64,000 nt of DNA, from assembly GCA_965153285.1 (NCBI GenBank), contig OZ229110.1. One strand, 5' to 3'. Origin of the DNA: Podarcis tiliguerta. Lineage: Eukaryota. A model generated the notes under the pieces. The model made no database searches and had not been told where the DNA came from. It worked only from the letters and a program-made list of their open reading frames with translations. Positions within the stretch are counted from its first letter, which is position 1. Every line of letters begins with the position of its first letter. Shown piece by piece: positions 38,801-50,800 of the stretch. The translations under genes and the position numbers were made by a program.

Positions 38801-41800
38801 TATATACGTTGCCCTCAGATATCTATAGTTGACTACAAAATGCCAACAAGAAGCTTGATAATAACACAAACTTTAGCTTTTGAAGCAGAACTCTGACCCA
38901 CCAGTTCTAATATTATTTCTTCTGAAAATTAGTATCCTTCCCTTTTTGACCATGTTCTCACCGTATTCTGGAAGTTTCACAAATTCAGAGGCCTCGCTGG
39001 GCAAACTGATTCCCCAGGGGTTGCTGGCGCTGACTCGGAACTGATATTGGCATCCAGGTGTGAGATCTTCAATAACGAGGTAGGTGTCCAAGGTGGAGGC
39101 AACCGACTGCTGCCAGACCTGTGAGCCTACGGGTTATGCAGAGAGAGATTAAGAGAACATTTTTTTAAAAAAGCATGACTACAGATTTTAGAGACGGGAG
39201 GATGCTGTGCCTTACTGACTCATCGCCTCCACCCCACCCCACCGAGACTAAGCTTTAATCCGGCCCTAATTGATAAGAAAAGAAATACAGATTCTTTTAG
39301 AAGTCACCTGTGCTAAAAAAAAAAAAAGCTAAGAAAAGTAGCAACCACTTTGTCTTCTTGTGTTGCCTGATTTAAACATGCAGTAGTATGATGTTGTAGA
39401 ATGTTCTATACCATATTAGATTAGAGGTAAGAGACATTATTTCTGAACACCATATTTAAAAAATCATTCCAAGTGGAAAACTAATGCAACGGGGAAATCA
39501 TTAGAACTTTATTTTCTATCGGTAGGGAGTTGAATAAATACATAAATAAATAAAATTTGCACAGGAAAGTATTCAGTAATACTCTTCATCCTCTGTGGAC
39601 TGGAGCGGTATGGTCTGTTCTACCACTTCCGACCCAGCTGTTAAGAGCTTCAAATTACTACCCATTCTCTTCTGGGCAATCTTCTGGCAGCCACATGCCA
39701 GTGGTGGGCAGGGCCAGAGGCAAAAGTGGGAAGAACCATTAAATGTAAAATGTACAACAGGCTAGTTTCTACACACATACAAACATTCCTCTCTGCCCTC
39801 CATCTCGGCAAGCAAGAGGCATTATCAGAGTTCAACAATGCATTCTAGCCAGGCAAAAAACACTAGAGAGAGGCAGGAAGCAGGGGCAGTGAGGTCTTGA
39901 GGGCTAGACAGAAAGGCCTGGAGGGCCACATTTGGTCCATGGGCCTGAGGTTCCTTCCCCCAGCTTACTGTAGCATGCTGGTCATGCATTTTTCACTGGT
40001 CTTTGTCAGGTGTGTGGACCAGTGTGGTGATCACCACCAGTTGAAGAACCCTTCACATCTGGACTGTGTGAGTCAGGATGACTGAAAACAGGCTTGCCAG
40101 ATCAAGTCCATAGGTTTCGCCTTTCACTTAAATAGGCTGGCAACCCCATGTAATACTGGTGCTCCCTTGCTCCACTTGCACTTGCATCCTCTGAGGCCCA
40201 TGGTTAAGCTGGAGGCCCACTGCTGACCAGCAGAAGAACCTGGCCCTGCTGTTGCTTCTCTTGCCATGGCCCACAGCAGGCAGTGCAAAGAAGCCATGGG
40301 AGTGAAGGGAAGGAACAGCAGTTGCCACTGCTTGCTCAATTGCTGGCAGAGAAAGAGAGAGTATGCAAGTGGGTAGTGGCAGGGAGGAGGAAAGAGGTCA
40401 CTAGGGCTCCCAAAAACCTCGAGCCAGTTCTGCTCACTTGTATTCTCCTGCCTGCCATGGGACACGACTTGTCCCACTTGCAGATGGGAGAGAAAGGTAA
40501 TGGCGAAGCCACTGCTGCTAACTCGCTCACAACCTCCCAGTTGCACCAGACAACCCTAGCTGAAAGAGGCAGCATAGGCAACACCCCAAATTAAAAGGCA
40601 CCGAAGCCTATTAGCTCAGCCTAGCAGCTCCGTACAACAACCTGGATCATCCTATTGCAATCAATGGCAGACCAAAGGTGTACTATGAGTATGGAATGCT
40701 TAAGCATATACCTTCTTCTCTGTACTCCACTGTGTAACCTGAAATGGTGCAGTTCCCTGTACTGGATGGAGGCAGCCAGCGAAGAATCACCGAGGTGCAG
40801 CTTCTTTCCTGAGCAATAGGGCGATTTGGGGCTGCAGGGACACCTGGGGTGTAGGCAGGGGAGCAAAATCAGGAGAGAGTTGCATTGCAAAGCACGTGAA
40901 AGAGGGTTTATTAAAACACACACAGGGAAAGTTTCCTAGAGCAATCATGGGTACAGCAGAACTGATGGACATGTATTAGGACACAACTATTAGAGACTGC
41001 CAGAGATCCTGTACTTGTATGCTTTACTCTGCAGGATAAATGGCAGGTTGGAGGGGTGGGGAAATGGTTGGGGAAGGGGCGCTAACTCCACTCCTCCCAA
41101 AATTTTAGCCCTAATTCCTCAGTCTTTGCTCCCACAAAACCTGCAATTAATCTAATCCAAGTATCACCAGTCAGCACCCATTTGGTGACAATGGGCCATG
41201 CTATATACCAACATTGTGGGCAATTAACTTTGTTGTCTAAGTTCTTCTTGCAAATAATAGTACACATGAGAGCTGATATACATGTTTAGGGTGGTAGAGG
41301 GAAGTATGCTGTTCACCCTCTAGGATTATATCACTTTAACTGTGTGTGTATACATATGTTTAGAGAGATGAAGAAGGGGAAGAGATAAATTTGTAGTGAT
41401 GGGGGCATGTGGAGGGGAGAACTGGTTATTTCCCATGTACTTAATATTTCCCATGTAGAAAGTAGTACACAAAGTACATGTAGTATTTCAAATGCAAATG
41501 AGGAATTACCCATTTGAATATCACACACATACACAACCAACCTGGTCTGCAAAAGCCTAGCATGTCAGCTTTCCACAGGCAGGGATAGTTTTGACATGTG
41601 TGGATTCCTCACCTGCATTTTGAAGTGGTATACAGGCCCATGTACCATTAAACCAAACATTTCAAAAGCTGATTGCACCATGATTTAAACCAATGGAAGC
41701 TCTGGCTGAGCAAACATACAAAAAACCCAGCAAGAAATCCATTACCTTGTACTTTTATTGTAGCCGAAGTGGACGCTGTTCCAAGCTCATTTGTTGCCAC

Positions 41801-44800
41801 ACAAGTATAAATACCGCTGTCTTGAGGCATCACATTACAGATCTTCAGAGTGATTTCACCTGAATCACTGGGGAGGTGCAGATGTCAGTGTTTTAATCTG
41901 TTACTCTGCTAAGCATTTTACTCTGGCTCAGTTTCCAGTGGCAAGCTGCTGCCAATCCATTTCAACTGACACAGAAAACAAGTCTCAGTAGATAGACAAG
42001 TAGAGCCCTTCGTATTATGCAGTTTTGTGGATGCAGGTGGCTTACAAGGAGAGGAGGAAGAAAGTAGTAATGGATCCAGCTCTCTGTGTTAATGATTAAT
42101 GATTTAGAGGCCCATAAGAACGGCACAGTTCAGCACCAGGTAGAAAGTGGTGGTTTTTTAAAAAAATAAAATAAAATCAGTGTGGGCTGTTATTGTGGTC
42201 CTCTGCTTCTTCTAATACTGTCACTTAAACGTGCACTGCCTGCCTCTCCTGGAGTCAGCATAAACAGTGAGAGGTTGCTGCAGTGCCAGAAAAACCCATT
42301 ATAAAGGCAATAGGGGTGTCCCACAGAGAACATCAATATTTCCTTTTGACCTGCCGAAAGGGCTACCAAAGAACTATTTCCCTTGCTTCACTTTAAAAAA
42401 ATGCTTGCGGCCACATACTTTAAGATGCATGAAAATGTCACATGGAAACCGTACAGAACAATTCTGTGGTTGTACCCTGTGATGTATTTCATGGATAAAA
42501 GTACTCACATCATATGCGTGCCTTTGACTACAGCGCCTATATCTAAAGTGTCCTTGATTTCTTATCATCAGAAGCATTCAGCTGCTCTGATGAATTTCCC
42601 TCATTTCCTGAGGATGTGGACAAGGTTCTTTCAGAGGTGTGGCTTACTACAAGTGTTCTTTCTCTTTCTCTCTTGTGATCAGGGAGTTGATTAAAACCTC
42701 CCTTACAGAAGGTATGGCTCCAGCTCCCTTGAAAGTGATGAGAGTGGAGCTGGGGAAACCCAGCTAGATGGGCGGGGTATAAATAATAAAATTATTAATT
42801 ATTATTATTATTAACCTCCTTCCTCTTCTGAAGCCGTGCTTTGATCTGGACTGGATCAGGCCAGTTGGCCCACCTAGCTCAGCATCCTATTCTCATAGCA
42901 GCCAACTAGATGGCTGTGGGAAACTGGCAATCAGGAGCCGAGCACAATAACACTCTCCCCTTCTGTGGTCCCCAGCAACCGTGGAGGCAGAGCACAGCTG
43001 TCATGGCCTCCATTAATTTGTCCAATTCCCCCTTTGAGGAGGAATGATAAGAAGAGTCTTGCTTCATCAGATCAAATACCCATTTAGTTCAGCAGCCTGT
43101 TCCCACATTCGCCAACCATATGCCTACATTTATTTACCTTCTTTTTTTCAAATTTCAGTGTCCTAAACTGGCTCTCCTAACATAGTTGGGCATATAGGGT
43201 CATTAGCTGGATTCAAACACTTTTAATGCACCACATTTTCTAGGAGTGCAACTGCTACATTTGTGCCATCCCAACGCCCTCTGCAAAATATGAACGTACC
43301 AGGAGGAAACTGCATATGCAGCTGTGCTGTTGTCGTTGTCAAGGATGTTCTGATCTGGTCCTTTCCAGGTTATGGTTGGCTTTGGTCGCCCACAGACTTT
43401 GCACTGCAACATTACCGTGTCACCAAGCAAGCAGGTGATGTCCACTAAGGGCACGAGAAACTCTGGAGCAACTGCAGCAAAGGCCACACGTATAGAGACA
43501 TAATGTTCACTGAAAACATAAAACTAACCACAGGATGTTGAAAATACAAAATGTGCCTCAGTGATGCCTCTGTTGTATTGAGGGTTATTTATAAAGGGCT
43601 GTTATAAAGACCTTGCCCAACACCTCCTGTAAAACCAAGCATCAAGCAATAAAAGCAGCATCTGTTATCAGGTGAAACTCGGGAACCTGAAAATCTCAGC
43701 ACTCACACACACAAATTCACACCTGGAAAGTCTCCATGAGGAAACCCTACATTCCATGGTCTCCTATGAAATTCCAGAGCATTGCAAAGAATTCTGAGGG
43801 AAGTTCTAGAACAAGGGTTAGCAATATGCCTTTCAAAACCAAAACGGGAGTCTCCAGAACACAAAGATGGATGAATAACTAAAATTATGTTGATCGTATT
43901 AAAAATACACCAAAATCTATTTACATTTGAATAAACCAAAGGAAAGCGTAAACCGCATTCAAATAAATTAATTAAATATGTTCATTCTTTGTGAACAGAT
44001 GCAATATGAAACCAAATATTAATCCAAGTAACATAATATTGAAGTATGATTGAATACTGAATATCTCATATTCCTCCCTTGTCTCTCCCTCTCACACACA
44101 TATTTACCAGACAAAATTTGAATGTGGGTTCAAACTGGCTGGTTGACCATGCAATAGATTCCTTGGGACTGTGCGTGGTACTTGCTTGGCATCATTCTTT
44201 CCTGACTAATTACTCAGGTAAGGACTTGTTTGGGCAAAGATGATTAAACCCAATGTTTGGTTTGCTAGATCATGGGAACAACCTGCCACATTTCTGTCCT
44301 TACTCACCTTCCTGGATGAAGTTTGGGTTGATGATCTGGAAAAAGAACACATACATAAAAGAAATAGAAAAGTCTTTTTTAATGGGACAATGAGAAGAGG
44401 GCTTATTCTCAGCAAAGTATTAGAGAATTGACATAAAGGTTGCTGAGGAACTAGAAGCACGTCTGAAAGGTTCTGATTCAGGATCCTGGGTGTGCTATTC
44501 CAGCACTCGTGACTTCCAGAGTCTAGAAGTGCAAGGTGCTGCAGCGCACAGCATGGAAAAGTTTTTTGGGACCAAATGTGAGTCAGTGCCCCTAATCCCC
44601 AAGGTCCTATGTCCTTGTCATAATGTGCAACAACCACTGTTTCCTAGGCCCATTCAACATGACTGGGAGGAAACCACAAAGTTCATGTCATAGCTAGTTC
44701 TGGACAGTCCTGAGATGCATAAAGATTGCTGAGCTGGGGTCAAAGAACCATATAGTTCAGTATACCGCTCTCAGAAGCAGCCAACTTTTGAACATATAGA

Positions 44801-47800
44801 TAAGAATCAGGGTATTAAGACAAGGGCCACCTGCTGTTCTATGCCTCCAGTATCTGGTGATCTGAAGAGCCAGTGTGGTTCTTTCGTCTCTCAAAGGTAA
44901 TTTGTCAAAGTCTGGCAGTGAGTAGAACAAGCCAGAAGTGGGCACTGCCCACTTCTAGACTCTTTGACCCATACCACATTGCCCTCAGGCCCAACTGTTG
45001 GTGGGTCAATGCCCCTGCTTTCTGGTAACAAACTGCACAGTGAGGTCTTCTGCAGCACATCATTCTGATGTAGACACAACTAGGGTTGCCATACGTCCAG
45101 AATTTCCTGGACATATACGGAATACTGTAGTCGGAAGCAGCCTGTGGCCGGAATTGGGGTGGGTGTGGGTGGGCTAATCACTGACAAGCACTGGCACACT
45201 ATAACCACAGACTAAGCTCTAAATGTGCACAACATTAAAATTTGAAGCTTTCAGTTACAAAGGGTTTCAAGTGAAATTTGAACCTTAGTTTTGTGGGATG
45301 ACTTTAGAAAACTGTTATTAGTCGAGAAGCGAAATCTGAGACAGGATTATTAATTTGTCAAATCAAATGTTTTAGCTGTTAAAAAATCATTTTAATCTAA
45401 TAATATCTGCAAATAGTAATGTTGGGACATAATAAAATTAGAATTTGTGTGTTCACACACTGAAGCAAATTTAGTTATTTTTAGCAAATATTCTGAAATT
45501 CATTCAGTTCCTACTATAGAGCATTCCTACTATATACATTTAGGCCCAATGTGATGGTCAAACTACACTTCATGTTACACCTCTGAAAAACATTACCACT
45601 CTTACTTGGAGAAAAAGCAGCCTCTGTAAGCAATACTTTGCTTCAGCAGCAGAGAGCAGCTTTGCGCCAAGATTCGTGGATTAACGATGAACTGCTTTGC
45701 AACCACTCAAACACAAATGGATATTTAAAACAAAGAATATCACTATTTCGCATACGGCTGAGATGGGAGGTTTTTTTTTTTTTTATGGGCAGTACTACAC
45801 ATTATAAGTGCTGCAGGAAATAGAGCTGGCATTTTGAGTCTTAAAATTCACCAGCAAGAATCATAGTTTACTGAAACCTCTCAAAGTCAAATTTCAAAAG
45901 TGAAATTTGACAAATCATAAAACTCAAAGTTTCAGTTTTAATATTATGAATTTTAAATGTTTACTACTTTCCCCTAACATTCACATTTCTTGCAACAATT
46001 GTAAAGACCCTAAATATGCAGAAAGCAGGACTGGCAAAAAAGGGATCCACATTATTTAAGGTTTTAACAACGCACCTTCAGGACAAGTAGCCATGGCAAA
46101 TTGCCTAGTCCATTTGGATGTGGCTCAGTTGCACATTAATAAGCCTTTTCATCTCTTCTTTTTTTGCCTTTTGCCAGCCTGAGTTCTGCTCATGGAAAAT
46201 ATAGCAGTTACTGTGTCACCTATCCTCTAGCCATTGAAAGTTTGGAGCATTTCCCGGGGGGTGGGGGTGGCTATCCTATTGGCATACATCTTTCCAATCC
46301 GAATTGCACTTCCAAATGGGCTTGTGAAACAAACTGAAATAATTATAAGCTACCTTTGTTGTAACATTATTGTCCTTTGTGAAAAACCAGAAGACATAAA
46401 TCAAGAATGGGAAACATGTGGCTATCTAAATGTTGCTGGACTTCCAGATTCCCATCATCCCTGATGACTGGCCATGCTGGCTGGGGCTGTTGGGAGTCAG
46501 AGTGCAATAACTTCCCGAAGGGCACAGATTCTCCACCCAGGCATAAACAATGCAGGCTGAAGAGACCTTGTAATCAAGGCTTGCTGATTGTCGCACAGTA
46601 CAGTCTGGCTGTACATTTACACACAACTTCTCCCAAAGAATCTTGGGGTCTGTAGTTTGTTAAGGGTGCTGGGGAGTGTAGCACTGTGGTGGGTAAACTA
46701 CAGTTCCCAGCAAATTTTTTTTTTTGGTGGGGGGGGGGAGCTGTAACTGTTAGAAGTGCTATAAAGGTGCATTTAATACACCCATTCCATTTGTCCAGAG
46801 ATTTCGCAAAATAGAAACAGATGGCAGTTAAGAAAAGAGCTAGGCTGGATTTTCTCTCTTAGATGCGTTAACATTTTATTCCCAGGGATAGTTTGTGTTT
46901 TAACCTGGGGAAGTTTTTGGAAATGGTCTCCTCCCCTCCACACCTATAAGGGCCTGATACACACATTGCCACGTTATCCTACTGAGTGTGTAGGCCCAAT
47001 GTGATGGTCAAATTATACTTTATGTTACACTTCTGAAAAACATTACCACTTTTACTTGGAGAAAAAGCAGCCTAAGCCAGTTTCCTGTCAAATGTCACCC
47101 CTTACCGCTCTCTGCTCTTGACAGCACAATTCAGAGCCAAGAGCAGCTGCATTATTTTTTTTACCAGGAAATCTAGCTGGTTGGTTGTGTTAAGAAAAGC
47201 AGAGGGCACCTATTAAGGACAAGCTTAGAGAAGGGAAGAGGTATATAGTGGCCATTTTGTTCTTAACCTACCCAAAGACTGAAGAGCCTCAATATTCTGC
47301 TTTGGAGTCTAATGACTAGCAGACAGACAGACGCAAGTGTGTGCACTCCCCTGCCTTTGCTATATATACACCTTTCAAGAGAAGGAAGTGAGGAAGAACA
47401 AATGAAGATGGATGGATGAAGACTTTTACTAATCAGTCAAAGCAAGGAGACTGTGGAACTGTGAGTGGTCCAAGCCAGTTGCTTGGAAGATGGCTGGACA
47501 CTAAGTATTAGGCAGGGTTACTGGACACAACATGGTCAAACAGATGAATGGAGTATTACAGAACAAACTGAAGCACTGGGATACTGCAAGTCTACTTCGG
47601 GAGCTGGGTGGCAATGTGTCCTACTTTACAGAGGACAGTCCTCTATTTGAAGTCCAGCTTAAAGATAAAGAGCCCCAAGTGGGGACATCAGGGCCCATGA
47701 AGTTGTCCATCAACAGTGAGTATCTGGACCGGAAATTGAGAAGGCATATAGATCACCTGGCCAAAGTCTTCCACACTATGTTGAGATGCATCATATTTCT

Positions 47801-50800
47801 ATTTAAATCACAGTAATTGTCTCTATTTTTATTATTAAATTTCTATACTGCCCTATATTTGCATAGATACATAGAAATTAGCACATACATAAATTAGCAC
47901 ATACATCTGTGTCTTCTGTTGATGTATAAGTAGCCAACTTGTTTGTGAGTTCAAAACAGCACTGTAACATTTTGCAAGTTGACAGAGTACTGTTGCTAGG
48001 GCAAGGCAGATGGCAGAAGGCCGCCTTCGCAGAGGGACAAATGTTTCATAACTGTCACGAGGAGAGAGGGATATGCTCCTTTTTCATGACAATAACATAA
48101 TATATGGGGGAGCACATGAAATGAGCCTGTGTAAGGCCCAGTGTTGCTGGCCTTTTAGAATACGAGACCTTTTCCCTGACTCCTTCCGTACAAAAATATT
48201 GATGTATCTCATTTTCTTCTAGGGTTCCTCTTCCTTTGTCCCTAGGTTTTGCGTTCATGTAAACAAAGCAGTGAGGCCAACAATGGATATTCTATTAAAA
48301 GTCTTTTAAAATAAACTATAATTACAAAGGCACAGCAAGTACAGTGGTATCAACATAGCACTGTTTAGCCAAAAGCAAATAAAAGAAAGAAGTTGGGAGG
48401 TAGGAATTCACTGCCTTGTTGTATTAGTTGGTCTCTAAGGTGCTACTGGACAATTTTTTATTTGTTGTATCAAGTTTGCCTTACAGCTGAAGTCTGCAAG
48501 GCAAGTTTCACTGCAACCAGGGATGGGGCACCAATGGTTCTTCAACTACAGACTACAGCTTCCATCATCCCTGACCATTAGCCATGCTGGCTGGAGCTGA
48601 TGGGAGTTGGGGGTCTAACAGTGGGACCACAGGTTCCCCCACCTTGTACTAAATGGAATCTGAAACTGCCCAGATCTTACTGGTAAATGCACTTCAGTAG
48701 TACCAATGGACAGCAGCTGACCATGGACAGTTGCTAATATCGGTCAAAACAGGACCATTTCTCATCGGTAATGATTAAGGGCATATTCAAGTGATCGCCA
48801 ATGGTAGGTGTGGTTTTTTTGTACACTCTTCTCCAGGGAATGGAAAACCAGCATTGTAGGCAGTCCAAAACACACTGGTGCATACAAGATACACATTTAC
48901 AGTATAGTAAGGATTAGCCCAAGCCAATCTGACACCTCATGTGCAGAATATAAAGGGCAGTTAAAAGGTTTTTAACAAATTAGATCAGTGATAGTTTGTT
49001 GCCCTTTAACACCACCCTAGATCCGCTATCTGAGATGGCATTCTGCCTATCAGTCAGCCCCAAGTGCATTCCACTACACATGCAGAAATTCTCAGGGGGG
49101 GGGGTAGGATAGAAGAAGGTGCAAGGTGGGGGGAAAGGGAAGGTGCAAAAGGGTTATTGTCTACCTCCATGCTAGTGTTGGGATCAAGGTCATCACATTC
49201 TGACTCCTCTGAACTGTTTGTCTCCTTTTTGGCAGCATGGAGGAAAGAGAACAAAGTTACAATGGGGAGAGAGATTAAGAGGCACAAGATCAGCAGAAGC
49301 AGGTGAGCGCAAGGTAGCAATGTGCACTGTGCAACTAACATGCTTTCGAAACAAAGAGGCACTAAGTGGCAAGCAGGAAAAGAAGAAAAAAGGTGTAGTA
49401 ATCTTGAAATCATTCAAGGGGGGGGGGGGAATCAAAGGTTTCAATGGAAGCAGCAGTATGAGGAGCTACCTCTGCTATACCAGCCCACTCCCACCCCCCA
49501 TTTTGCAAGGCCCTTAAAACATCCACAACAATACTATACATGGAGAGCATTCACCAAACTCTTAACATTCTGTTCTAGTGCTGAAATCTATATCCTCCCA
49601 ATGAACTCAGTTTGAAATAAAACGTCAGGTGGAGCCAAAAGAGTTCAATTTCCTTGAATTTGTTGTGTGTGTTTTTTTAAAGATTTGACCATTCAGCCTA
49701 TCAAATGTCAATCCGTTAAAAATGTACATGATCCATATACTTCAGTCAGCTTAAACATAAATGCAATCTGAGGTGTGCAAGTACATAATTTTAAATTTAA
49801 GCACCCACCTTAAAAATCCAAACGGCATTTTCTTTGTTTCTGTTTTTGTGTGCTCCTTGGCCCAAATCCAAAGAAACAGAGCACAGCATAAGGTATCCCA
49901 CTTATGGCTGCACTCAAAGATACCCCCTCCAGCACCGTCCTTACAATACCGATTGCCTATTGATTTGAGGTGTGTGTGGCCAGACTCACTCCAGTCATCC
50001 TGTCCCAACTGCTTATTGGTCTTATCACTGCTGATAGATCAAATTATTTGTTTGATGGTATGCACACAGCATAACAGGCACTGCAGTCACACTTCTGAGT
50101 GGTGGATGTGGGAGATCACCCTGCTGCCACAGCAAACTTTTCCATTCTTTTGTAGGATAATCCGCAAGCAGATAAAAGTGGATCACCCTGCCTGCCCTGT
50201 AGTGATTGCGGAAGGGAAGGATGCAATAATGCAATTCCTGATCAAAAGAGTAGTATCAAACCTTAGCTACAACAAGCTGGTAGATGTGTTTAATTTTTAC
50301 CATGTCAAACAGGCACCAAGAGAAAAATATCACTTTAAAAAAAAGTAAGAAAGAAAACTGACTGATCAGTAGAGCAGATCATGGGTAGTCAAGCAGATGG
50401 TACCCTCAGAATGTGGTTGAGTGCCGTTAGCCCCAGCCAATGGTCAGGGAGCTGCAGTTCAGCAACATCAGAAGGACTCTCCATTGGTTACCCCCGAGTT
50501 AAGGGCTTTTATATCAAACAGAAATGAAAAAAGAAAATTGTCCTGGGAACTGCAAGAGTGTTTAAGGTGTATTTAGTTGTACATAATTATTGTGACTATT
50601 ATTGTCCTGCATTCACACAAAAATAAGTGCTGCACTTAAACCAGACTTCTCTCTATTGTCATTTAAATTGCAAAGCAGTTTTGATGGATCTTTCTCATTC
50701 CTGCCCAAAGAGTTTTGGGTTGAGATTCACAAACCAGTTTTGCCAAGATTTAGACAAATAATGATTCCATGAAAAGCCCACAAACTGCTAAAGCTACATA

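Noticed and set aside
49761-50348. 195-aa ORF antisense to a KALRN intron
   Set aside because: No recognisable domain and composition typical of random intronic translation; it is the longest of many chance ORFs.
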